NCBI GenBank assembly: GCA_000934665.2
Contig: KZ538572.1
Coordinates: forward strand, 1 to 60,968
Origin: Catajapyx aquilonaris
Lineage: Eukaryota
Direction: 5' to 3'
Length of the DNA stretch: 60,968 nt
The first letter of the stretch is position 1, and every line of letters starts with the position of its first letter. Below are positions 1-12,700 of the stretch, piece after piece. The notes under the pieces are model-generated. The model was not told the origin of the DNA and did no database searches. It saw only the letters and a list, made by a program, of their open reading frames with translations. The position numbers and the translations under genes were made by a program.

Positions 1-3000
1 GGATAGTTAGGAAGAGGGGGGTAACGTGAGTTCTGGCTCGTCTCCGACAATGTTCTTAACTCGTAAAAAGTCTGGCTCGGAATGACTATATAAAGACGCT
101 TTCATGAGGATGTTCTCAAGTTTTAAAGCCCGGCGAGGGGGTTCCAAAAATGCAGTTTCGTTACAAAAAAGAAAATAAAGAAAAAAAGAGCCAGCTCCCT
201 TCTAAATCAAGTTCGGCAGAGAGAAAATATATACCGGACTGATGACGAAATGTACATTTCGACGTTTTTTTTGGGGGGGGGGGGGGGGGAGAAAAGGGGA
301 ACAGTTGGGCCATATTTTATTCAGGGAATGGCCCCACCAAAGTTCCTGCCATAATTCGCATTAACATTTCATCTTGTTTTCCCTTCACTTGAGAGGCAGT
401 ATCGACCGCACTAAAAAGTTGACACTGCTCACACACTTTGCGAAACTACATTGTCGGCGAGCCTGCACCGTGTTACATACAAGAAGAGGATTGATTTGGA
501 CCAAATGGGTGGGGAAATGACCTTGGGTTCATCCTGGCGGGTAGGTGAAGTGGACGCCTCTCTTGTGTTGCGGGACTGCGGGTATGCAGGCGCACAGGAA
601 ATTTTTGTGTGGTTTAGGCCCGGTTTTTGTGCATCCGGGAGGTGATGGCGATTTTTAGGTAGAGGGAGTTTGTGTTTGCTTTAGTGGTGAATATTCGGAT
701 ATGACGTTTTCGGATGGGTGGTATTGATGGGGAATCCGGGACTGTCTATAAGGGAGGACGAAATTTCCGTGGATTTGAGCTCCGGGGGGCTCAGGGAGTT
801 GGATTCATAAAATGCATGGTTGTTTATGGCTGGTTTTTTGGGGGTAGTCCTGGGCCTCAGGGCCGGTTGCACAGGGCCAGATGCATTACGAGCCGGTTGT
901 GTAAGCTCAAATGCAGTTGACTATGTGTTGTGAATACCTGCACCTGCCCGTACATAATCTGAAAATTTCCGTAATTTATGTTCATACAACTGGCCCTGCA
1001 TGTTTACTAAGTGTTGTCAGCAATAAATAACAACCGGTAATGAGATTCTTAAATGTGTCTAACCTGGTTCAAGTAGGCGTAAAACAATGGTTTAGTCTGA
1101 GAATCTCACCAGAAACAGTCGTAAACCTCTGGGAATCAGGCTCCAGTATAGACAAAAGATTACTCTTACTCTGGATGCTTAGGGTGTAGCCTTCTATAGT
1201 GGGTTCGTGGGGTTAAAGCCCCGGGGATTGGCCTCACACCTTTGATGTCCCGAGTCCCATTGCAGATTTTTGCGTGGGAGTCATTTAATGGGGTTGAGCA
1301 CTACGACAAGTCGGTGTGCGTAAAACTCTCCTGAATTAAAAGCTGCTAATAAACGCATTACACATACGTATTCTGATTCCCCTTGACAAGTTCTAATCGG
1401 AGTCCAGAGGAGATTCATAGAACTAATGGAACATTAACCATCGTCATACGAAATGACCGAAGCACTAGGCACTGATGTAGTCTCGGGTGCAGTGCTAGCA
1501 GATTTGTTAAGTAGGATATCCTGGTGTAGTGTAATTGAATTCTCTGAAGTGTACTGTTTATTTCTGATGCCGGACATATATAGAGTAGGTCAATTTTCTT
1601 CGCATTATTTGCCGAAGAGACAAGATCCATTTCTGTGAAGTCGCGTACATCCCTGCTTTTATATGTGCTACTTGCATTTTATCATTTATCGTTATAGCTT
1701 ACAGCTATATATATGAGCTATTGCTACATAGCTCTGTGGAATGACTTCAAAAACCGAACTATTGGTAAACCTCTTTCCCGTTTAGTACATGATATAAGTT
1801 ACTTGTTTTACTACGGTCAGTTTTACGGCGTTTCGCATTTCAGAATTACGGTACCTAAACGTGAAGAAGTGAATGACTTGAGAAATATTTGGAAAAATGG
1901 AAAGTAACAAAAAAAAAATCAACAGATTACCACAACACCCAAGTTCTTGGGACGTCGGAGGACGTCTTCTGATAGCCGGGCTGTTCCAAGGCTAAAGGTT
2001 GGCAAATGCATATTTCCCAGCCAATGCAATGCAAAGGTGGAATTTCAGAAGGTTCGCATGGTATAGTACGGAATCATGGATATTAGTACGGAGGAACGGG
2101 TGGGGGTTGGGGGTGGGGAGTACGCACATGATTGAGGGATGGGCGTCATCACTGGCTGTAAGTATAGGAAGCGATTTAAAATGCGGTGTGCACCGCAGGC
2201 TCAGAAAAAAGTGAGCGAAGCGAGCGGTTTTCTACGCCTGTTCCAGCACCAGCATAGAAAAACTTTTAGTTATAGGTTTTTTTAGTTACTTTATAATTTC
2301 AGTAGTCTTGTATACGACTTTTCATAATTATTACGACTATGTTTTGTTGTAACCTAACCCCGTCGTTAACCGGGGATTACCTGTATTGGCTAATTAAGGT
2401 TATTACTGAAGAGAAAGGTGCATCTTATCCCGCCGGTGCCTATTGCCGAAGGAAGCAGGTGTTTATTCTGATACTTGGTTTATAAAAAATGTGAGTATTT
2501 ATCAGATTTAAAATTTCATCTGTATTTGGCACACCCACTAACACCATTCATGTCAAATATAGCAGAACGATGAATTTCAGAAATCTTTGTAATCTCGCGT
2601 GGAAAACATTGTACTGTATTATTGCACAGGCCTTATTCTCGTAGCTGGGCTATAGTGTATAGTTGTATACGGTATTTATTTAGTCCGTGTTTGATGCAAA
2701 GAGAGCACGTCACTTATGAACTGGACTTTTCAATATTGCAAGGAGTATGTTTATTACTGCCCGGCAAAAGAAAATACAGCGCTTTCAATATTGCGTCATA
2801 AATGATTTTTTAAAAGATTTTGTGTCAATGCCATTATTTTATCTGGAAGTGTTATATTGTGGTTTACGTCGTCTATATTTCGCATAATGTTCAAAGAGAG
2901 CGGAAGACACTAATTTTTAAATGCAATTATCTAATAGCTTCCTACATCATTCTCCCGCTCATTTATGACAGCTCATCCACAGTCATGATGATGGTCACTT

Positions 3001-3786
3001 TCAGTCGGAAGAAATAATCTTGCGGTGTACAGTAAAACGGCTGATGTGTGAAAAGTTTTTGGCACTGGGCTCGATTTCACTTCTTTCTACACGTGTCCTG
3101 TAACATCCCCTGGTTCTGAGACCCTTTGCCCTTTAGTCTTCATCCCCGTCTCCCCTTTCGACCCCGTCCCTTTAACTCACCACTGTACCCTTCTTCCCCA
3201 TTCAACTTGGCCATTCATATCACTCTCCAGTAAGCTGGAACTGTTCTCCCTTTTCCCTACTATTCTGTGTCTTCGTAGTCGCTGGTTACATTATAGGAGC
3301 AGAATGAGACACGAGACACACAAGATCATCATCTATTGACAAAATATGTTGGCTGTCTTCGTCGAAAAGGCTGAGGACAATCTACTTATACAGTTTCCAC
3401 AAATTAAAGATATATTTTAAACTATAATGAGACATGGAATTTATGCAACAGTTTTCATACACAACAGCAACGAGCATTTTCCATGCGAGATTTTCGCCTA
3501 TAAAGGACGATGATTATAATAAATTGATTTAGCAAGTTGGTTAAAATTGACAATGATCAATTCACGTTGGAAATGAATCGGGTATGTGGTGAGACATGGA
3601 TGACCGCACATTATTATGGACAAAATTAATCATTTTATCATAGTCTTTGTGTGGTCATACATATTGGAAATACCATTAGTAAAACCCAGTTTAACGATTA
3701 ATCTCAATATGTACCGCAATTACATTTATCGGGGTCACCAAGGATTGAGTGTGTTTACAATTTTGGCTTCGATTGTGCTTTCACAG

Positions 3787-6700
3787 AGGCGGACTACACC
3801 TTGGACGATTCGTTCTGGACGGAGGACAGCCCCGTTGGTGAGTTTAGGCCCCATAGCTCTTAATCGGAGCAAACTGCATTGGCGATTAACAGCCAGAAAA
3901 ACATCCTTAGGTGAAGTGGAGCGCCTCCTGAGGGAGCACAAGGAGAACCAGGAACTTGTACGGAGCATCGGTACGCACTATTATCAGATCATCTATCCGG
4001 TGCAGCTTCGACATCACGAGAAAATGGGAATATCCACGAGGGAGGTCAGCAGCGCCAAGGTCAGTACACTTAACTCGTCTTTCCCCTCCCCTATATATAC
4101 ATCCACCCATCACTTTTATCTCTTTCTCTTTCATTCTATTGACATAAGCCTCCCCTTTACCATCTTTGTCTTGATCAGTGCTGTGTGCTTGCAGGAAGAC
4201 CGCAGATATCACATTGGCCGTAGATTAGTTATAAAATACACGGAATATTATCTGGGCCATTTTGACATTCAAAATCCTCTCGGGCATGCCTTTTCGTAGA
4301 GGTGACAAAAGAAAAAATTATGGCGGGTTGTTTCCTGCAAGTCTTCTCTTCCCCCGATGACATTTTTGTGACTTAGTGTAAGCCAGGTGATTTTCACTTG
4401 AACTCTTTTCCTGCAGGAATCGGAGAGAAGGCAACCTTCCCTGTCAGATTCCTCTAGGAAAAAGGTGTGTCCATTTTTATTGTGGAAAAAAAGAGGGAGG
4501 AAAAAAAATAACAAAATAGAACAGAGTTTCCCAAGAAAAGCGTGGCTGGACCGGGATGCGGCAATTAAAAGGCGCTCTCATTCGCTAATGTTTCCTTCCT
4601 GTCCAACACACACCCTCTTTTTAGCCCTCTCACTCCTTGTAGTTAAGCCACCTTGCCGGCCACCCGCCACTCTCTCTCTCTCACTCTCTCTCTTTCTCTT
4701 CTCTTTCTCTCTCACTCTTTCACACACTCTTTCTCTCTGGAGCCGCTCACAAATTACGTTGCTCAAAGGAGGGTACGCTCGAACAACTAAACTCGAGCAC
4801 TCTACAAACTCGTTATGAAAACTTGGGGTCCGTGCTCAGAAAAACGTTGCAAGAGCCGAAGACTGCTGGATTTCTGAAGGCGGAAGTACTGCAGATACGG
4901 TTATCTTCAAATACTCTGATATCTTGCTAATGTTCGGGGGTTTTCAAAATGCACTGTAGGGAACATGCCAAATTGCTCCAGGCTACAAAGGCAAGATGTT
5001 TCTGTACAGGCCAATCTGTTGGAGAAAACCTCCACATTTGTGAATACTAAATATTTTTAGTTCGAGTATACTTGATGACTGTTCGAGCTTACCCCCTGAC
5101 CTTTTTTTTAAATTATTTTTGAGTGGGATGGGATGGGTGACGTAACAATTGTGAGCGATTCCTTTCTCTGCTGGAGCTTTGTTTTTCTCTTTCCTCCGCT
5201 TGATTTGCAGTTCCCGCCGCCAGAGCTCGCGGACGGCCCGCCCGCCAGCCAGCAGAGTTTCCGGGTGCGTAGACTAGCCTCTCATCCATTGTTGCCGCCA
5301 TTTTTCACCTGCGCTGCAACACGTACTTTCCACACACCCATACCCACCCACCCNTCTCGTGAACCATACATCGGCACCAAACTCCCGCCACCAATTTGCA
5401 TGAATGTGTCCAATTTTTTTTTGTCCACCAGTTCTTTTAAACAATTGAAACCTCCACAAGCGATGTTGCCACCTGCATGTGTATACCCGACCGGCTCCCG
5501 TACCATGTCCTGGTGTGCTGTTGGCTTTTCTCCGCGGATCTTCTTCCCAGAAACCCAAACAGAACATTTTAATCAAATTGCTACTTCGGCATAAAATTAA
5601 TTGCAAACACAGCATCAAAGGTACTGAACATCATTGTAGCGATTAATGTGTGTGCTTGTCCCAGCGATTAAAACGCTGGCATACAGAGTGGAATGTTTAA
5701 TAATTAGCGGAAAGCGCTATGGGGACTTTTTTTTTTTGCAAACAAATATTCAATGGAGCGTATTCATACAATTTGACATTTCAATGACTCCGAAGAGAGA
5801 AGGGGTTGATAAAAAAATATACATTGGCCTATAGATTTTCTGGTAGAAATTCCAACTGGCTGGCAGCTGAATCTGGCATGTGATTGGCGTGCGCCTGAAC
5901 ACATTTCTGTTTTCCGAGTGGCAATTTTGCAAGTGCACCTGGCCACAGTCGCATTTGTCAGACGGAGTGTAATAATTTATTCAAGTCTCACCTGAAATAA
6001 TTATGCTTTTTTTTTGTCCCTCCCCAAGGAGAAGGTTTGAGGAGAAAAGCCCCATACTCTTGCTTGGCTAGTTGACTCCATAACTATCCCTACCTTTTTC
6101 TTGAGAAAATTATTTTTTTTGAGAAAAAAAAGGGGGATAAGATAAAGATGCTGCCGCGGTTGCCACATCCCCGTGGGTCCGAACGCGGTTAATCTCTTGT
6201 CCCCTGTCCCCCCTCTCCTCCCCAACCGACTCAACCTTCCCCAACTTTCCATTGCATCCTGTACCCGCTGGTCGGAAAAGCAAATCAATAGCGGCAGATC
6301 GAAGGGAGGAAAAGGGGAGTTGGGAGGGGAGACTTTGGTTGGAGTAAACATGCAGCAGCAGCAGCAGCAGCGGCACCAGCAGCCAGGGGACCAGCAGCAG
6401 AAAATGCCAAAACCTCCTCTCCCTTTCTCCTTCTTTCTAATTGTTTGCTGCATTGGCAACGTCGCCTCCTTCACCCCCCACCAATCCACACCCTGTACCC
6501 CCACCCTCCCCCCACCCAGTGACGCCATTTGGTACCGGTGCTCGCTGAGTCTCCATCTTTACCATCCTCATGGTCCACCACCTCAGTGTACTTGTCCAAA
6601 AAAAAAAAAAGAAAGAAAAAAAGTGAAACACAAAAAAATATGAATGTGATATAGCAGCCTATTGGATGATGATTGAATGCTTCTAATTATAAATGATAGA

Positions 6701-9700
6701 GTACAAAGGTTGCTCATGGGTTGGACCGTGAGGTGTGAGCTTAATTGTTTGGAATACTCTTGGGTGGCGGGAGGCAGGGCCGGAGAGAGGGTGACCAGGG
6801 TGGCGGGCCTGACTTTCAGACGGGCAAGCACTTCCATCGGACCTCACTGCTCATCAAGGCCTTCAACCACAAGTTCCGACTGGATTTGGAGCTCAACACG
6901 TGAGTGGCCCCTAAGCTCCTTCTCCACTGTCACCTTTGCACTTTCAAAGATGCCAACATGTGTCGCACGATTCGGGCGTTTGCGGCGTTAAAAAAGAGAG
7001 AACTAGGAATGACAGGCTTTGACTTTTTAGGTGGCTGGTGGTGGGGGGGATATGCATCAAGTTTTTAGTGAGAAATTGGAGGGTGTCGCGATGGTGTCAG
7101 CTGCAGATTTTTCCGAGGCATTTTTTCGCACCGAAATTTGAGAGAGAATCGTTTGGCATTTTGCAGCGATTGTCGTGGCGGCGCGTGTGAGATAAATATT
7201 TTAAACGCCTATCGGTTCGATGGTGCTGCCGTAGAGATCGATGTTAAATATAGAACAGGACCCCTCCAATTAACTCTGCCTTTTTGCTTGGAAAGGTCAC
7301 AGCTATTTTCTTTCTCGGGTCCAGAGCATTGGTAATGTAATTAGTTGTTATGGCGACGAATTTTCAACTCTTCTCAGGCACTTTTTTGCCATGGATACCG
7401 TACCTAGCAACAGCGTCCTTTTGGCGTCCTACTTTTTCTCGTCACCTACAGAAACTGCTGGGAAAATATGGTGCGACAAGCAATGTGAATTTTGGAGAAT
7501 GCAGCTCGTTACAACTTGAATTATCGGTAGTGGTTAGCGATTTTTGGGTATGAAGAGGTTTATTATTCAGCAGTTACTTTTACACAGATACAGATACTTG
7601 CAAACACACTTTAGCTCCATCCTCAATATATCAGCACAGCTCTGACACTATAGGCACATGATGACAAGCTTAGATTGTGCGTACAGTACAAGAACATGCG
7701 ACGTATACACACGCAACGTTTGAGTGAAGACACGTACTGTTATCATGTGTCAAACAGGCAACTTCTGGCGCCAAACCTGATGCAGAAACACTTCTTACCT
7801 GGAGGAGCGGAGCAGCTGTCCAAGCAAGAGATCGAGCACTGCTACTACCACGGGACAGTCAAAGACTATCCTGGAGCCACGGCTGCCTTCAGGACGTGCA
7901 GCGGAGTGTCAGGGGTCATTCACGTGGGCAACGAGACATTCATCATCCATCCCTTCTACGGAGGGGACCTGTCTCGCAAGCACCCCCACGTCATCTTTGA
8001 GGCTCGGTCTCGCATGAGGCAAGCCTGCGGAAACACGGGCAAGCTGGAGTGGGGCTTGAGGAATTACCGGAAGCAGAAGGCCTCCGGGGATAACCCAATG
8101 GCCCTTGACCTCACGTCCTCCTCGACCTTCGCCGCCTTACAAAAGAGGCGACGGCGGCGAAGGCGGGACGTCCGGGAGGTGACCAAGTACATCGAGACGG
8201 CGCTGGTGCTCGACAAAGCCATAGTTAGTACAATGTTCTGCTGCTGATGGAGGTGATGGGCATTGCGGTCATTTCCACGGCGCCTACATAACCGAATCCG
8301 TTTCGGAACAGTATCACTATATTATTTTGGTTGTTAAAGATCTAATTACCAACCCAAGCTGTTGATTATCTTTTATCATGTCAACAGGGCGAATGCGATT
8401 TGCACAAAACAAAATAACATGATAGTACAAACAACAATCCTTCTTGTAAACATGAAGTTGGATAATCAGCAGCCTGAATTGGCAATTCTCTCCTTAGCAA
8501 CTGAATAGTGAGCTGGTGTAGTGCTCAGAGTTAGTTTGGTTTCGAGGGCGCGGTGAAAATGTGACCACATTGTTCTACTTTTGCGGTATTAGTTCCGTTC
8601 TCATACAGTCATGCATAAAATATGGCCTCGGAGTAACTCATAATAGCAAAGTAACTTCCCTAAAGCTTCTTGCATTTTGATCAGGGCCAAACAAGAACCT
8701 GCTGGCTTTACTGCAATACAATGTGTTGAACTATGAGCCTGCACTGTTTGCACTTGCTGGGACTTCGTTAGGACTAAGTAATCAAGGCTGCCATATTCGT
8801 AAATGGTATGAAAATGTGAAATTTTAAATGACATTTGACTTACTAATGGTAAATGACTTGTTCAGTGTTGCCCTATATAGGCTATAGGAGCAACCATTTT
8901 AAACCTTAATAAACACCCTGATTATCATATATAGAGTCATCATCACTCACGGTAAAATTACCTTGTAGTTCAATATATCTGCTTCTGCTGGAATTTTTTC
9001 ATTGCAAAATATTTGTGGCAGTCTACAGCTTCACCTTAACCACTAAAAGAAGCACTAAAAGTGTCGCCTTGAGAGCAACACCAGAGTTGGTCTGGACCGA
9101 GAACACTGCACACAAATAAAGGGAAGTCCTTATTCAGGGCAAAATAGCCGTCGTTAGTCACACCCGGAAAGCTGTCCGTCATTCTCAGGGGGACACGTCG
9201 CTTTATCGGGCCGTTTCATCCTTTCAGTTTGAGAAGAGGACCGGAAGCACGAGGCTCCAAGTCGTTCACGACGCTATCCAGATCGCCAACATTGCCGATT
9301 TGGTGAGTTTTATACGGTTTTGCTTCTCGGCTGACTCACATTCCCACCCATGCCTCTCTCTCTTTCTCTCTTCTCCCTCATCCCACCCCTGTATTTTTTT
9401 TTCTATCCGACACGAATAGGGTGTAATGAGAACCGTGGGGATCACCGAGATAACAGTTCCGCCAGGAGCGGAAATTTAACGGTAGCTGTTGCGTCCTGCG
9501 ACAATTGCTTTTGTGCAAGTGGCAATCATATATAAGTACGAAATGCGGAGAGGCAGCAATTTCCCGCCTGGCAATTTCATCTTGCGGAAATCTTAATGCC
9601 GTGCAAATGATTATGAAAGGGCCGTGCATTTCAGACTCTGCGGGACAAAATCTGAAATCCGTTTAAAGTCACGCGAGAAAAAGGCAATTTCATTCTGCAT

Positions 9701-12700
9701 GACGCCAAGCTCGCGCTGGGTTCCCGCAAATAACTTGCACCGTAAACTGCCCATTACAAGCTTAGTTCACTCGGGACTCGGGTTTAATTTTGCATAGCCT
9801 TCGTCATGCTTAAACTGACCCAGCTGTCTAAAAATTCATTGGGGGAGATTTAGAGAGCGATATTGAATCAGGGCAAGTTATGATCCGCTGCGTGATGTAA
9901 GCCACAGTAATGCCATCATCGTTAGACGTCAGTTGCTTTACTCCACGAGCTGCGCCATATCTGGCTCAGAATAGAAATCCTCCCAAATGGCTGATTTCAG
10001 CCTGGGATAAGTCGCAGTAGGCCTAATAGGCGGCAGGGGAGATCACTGAGCAATTTTCCAGCGCATTTGATCAGCGCTGATATTTTGGTATGGGTGTAAA
10101 CTCATTATGGAGGAAATGCAAGAGTGTTTGATTGTAATAAAAGTCAATTCAAATCATTACTATTGGACAAAGTGACGGAATTAATTGGTGTCAATAGCAG
10201 CTGGCACAGTCTAAAGCTTCTCAAACTGCAACTTGGCTGGTCTATTTATACAAACTAAGCAATTTATTCTAATGACTGCAATCATGATTTTCTGAATGCC
10301 AGATGTTGATGAGATTAATATGAGCAACAGGGTCTCCGCAGTTACCCCCATCTAATTATACAGTATGAATTAAAGTTAGCTTTTTGAATAGTACATTGTG
10401 AAAGGGCTTTTGACTGGCGTCTGACAACAGGTGAAATTAATCACTTTGTCTCACGGTGCTTTAACTCTTTACATTTTTAAAGACATACAGGGTATGTTCG
10501 GAATCGTTTCAGCGCAGCATGGCTTACCCTAAGACCAAATTGTTTCATATAATTTCGGAATTGCTTAATTGCGGTGGCAATTAAGTTTTGATTCTAGCAT
10601 TGGCGATATAGTGACGATCTTGCAGGCAGAGTATACTATTAATGTGATATGCAGGATATTGTCACATCACATATAAATCTGAAGAGTTTCTGAGGTTTTT
10701 ACATTTCCCCCCAAAGTACTGTCGTTATAGCGTTGTTCTGCTACCTTCAAACCCACTCATGTTCTGAAATCGCTTTGTGTACATCACGCAGTACTTCCGC
10801 ACGCTGAACACGCGCGTGTCGGTGGTGTACGTGGAGACGTGGCAGCGGGAGAACCAGACGCCTGTGGACAAGAGCCTGGATGTGTCGCGAGCCCTGCTCA
10901 ACTTCAACGACTACACGTCCCGTAAGCTCTACAAGGTGGACAAGGACACCACGCAGCTGCTCAGCGGAGAGAGCTTCATGGGCGGGGAGAGCGGGATGGC
11001 CGTACCGGACACGGTCTGCACGGCCAAGTCGGTCGGGGTCAGCGTGGACCTCAACGTGTACGAGCCTCACCTGGTGGCCGGTACCATGGCGCACATGATC
11101 GGACACAACCTGGGGATGAGCCACGACGACGGACGGGAGGAGTGTCACTGCCAGGACTGGCACGGGTGCATCATGGCACAGAACATCGTGGGCCTCGACT
11201 CGGTGCAGCCGTACAAGTTCTCGGAGTGCAGCCTCTCCGATTACATTGACTCGCTGCGGATCGGACATGGGATCTGCCTGTTTAATCGTCCAAATGAGGT
11301 TCAGGTGCGTTTTTTCCCCCTATTTTTGCTCAAATGGGGGTGGATTCATTTCCGAACTTAATCCTGGACGCCACAAACAGGCTTTGGCGATTTCCAGCTT
11401 TCCTATCGGACTGAGTTCCAGGTTGTTTTTTTGTTGTATTTATTAACGGGATTCTGCGGTTTTCAATCCGATGATCACCTATGAAGATTTCCATGCCAAT
11501 CTTGACAGCAATTTTGGCATTAAGCGACCATTTTGGGCACACTTAGATGTAGGCTAATCCATGCAGTCCCGGGGGAAATGCAATCTGCAGCCATTTCACT
11601 TACAATTATTGCTGAACGATCTACTCAGATCTCTACATTTCGTATGATTATGAATGGAAGTAACATGTTTTTCATGCATGGCAACTATAGGTGAAACACT
11701 ATAGTATAAATAATTGGGCTGTTATTACGTAGTATGCAGTCACCATACCGCGTTCACATAGAAGCTTCGTATAAAATCATAATTAATTGTACGCTCAGAT
11801 TTTCCCAAATTAGATCACTGGAACTGTACAGGGTATGGCTTGTAGAGCTTCCTCTAAATTTCAGGGATGCTTCAGAGTTCCTTGACTCGGTGTTATTGCG
11901 CGAATAGGTAGGAGCAAAGGAAGTCGCGTAATATTTCGCTCAGGGCCAATACGCAACGAGAAATTCCATGCAATAACTCCAGCCAGATTGACACTGCATT
12001 CCGCAAGTACCCAAATCCTACAGTTTACCTAGCAAAGTTGAGAATTTGCATTGTTTTGTTATCCTGGCTGCTAGTTAACCATCGCGCCTCTCTTGTTCAC
12101 CGCAATGCCTATAGAGCAGGCGTGTTTGTGGCATCAACAAAAAGGGTCGCTGGTCTTGTATCCTCAGGTGATAGACAAGTCGTGCGGCAACGGCGTGGTG
12201 GAAGAAGGCGAAGAGTGCGACTGTGGGACCATCGAGGAGTGTCACCAGTCGGACCCTTGCTGCGACCCCATCACCTGCAAGCTGCGGGTTGAGGCCGAGT
12301 GCGCTTCGGGGCCATGCTGCGACGATTGCCGACTGCGGCCCCGGGGCTTCCCCTGCCGGGAGGCGGCCAACGAGTGCGACCTGGGCGAGACCTGCACCGG
12401 GGTGACCGGCCAGTGTCCGATGGACGTCTACCAAAAGAACGGCAACGCGTGCGGAGGAGGACGGGGATACTGCTTCAACGGGGTGTGTCCCACGCTGGAC
12501 AATCAGTGCCAACAGATCTGGGGGTACGGCGGGGTGGCGGCCGACCGGCAGTGCTTCCAGCAGTTCAACTCCAAGGGGTACGTCAGCGGACACTGCGGAA
12601 CCGATAGCAACGGAAACTACGTCAAGTGCGATCCGGAGAACGTTATGTGCGGGTCGTTGCAGTGCCAAATGGGCTTTCGGCAGCCGATCGTGGCCGGCAT

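Noticed and set aside
1..3786. Short ORFs as the missing ADAM signal-peptide exon
   Set aside because: I found no convincing signal peptide with a phase-1 donor; the first exon is probably upstream of the window
3616..4299. 227-aa ORF as a single coding exon
   Set aside because: Only 3911-4059 is in the ADAM frame; 3787-3837 is an exon in another frame and the rest is intron
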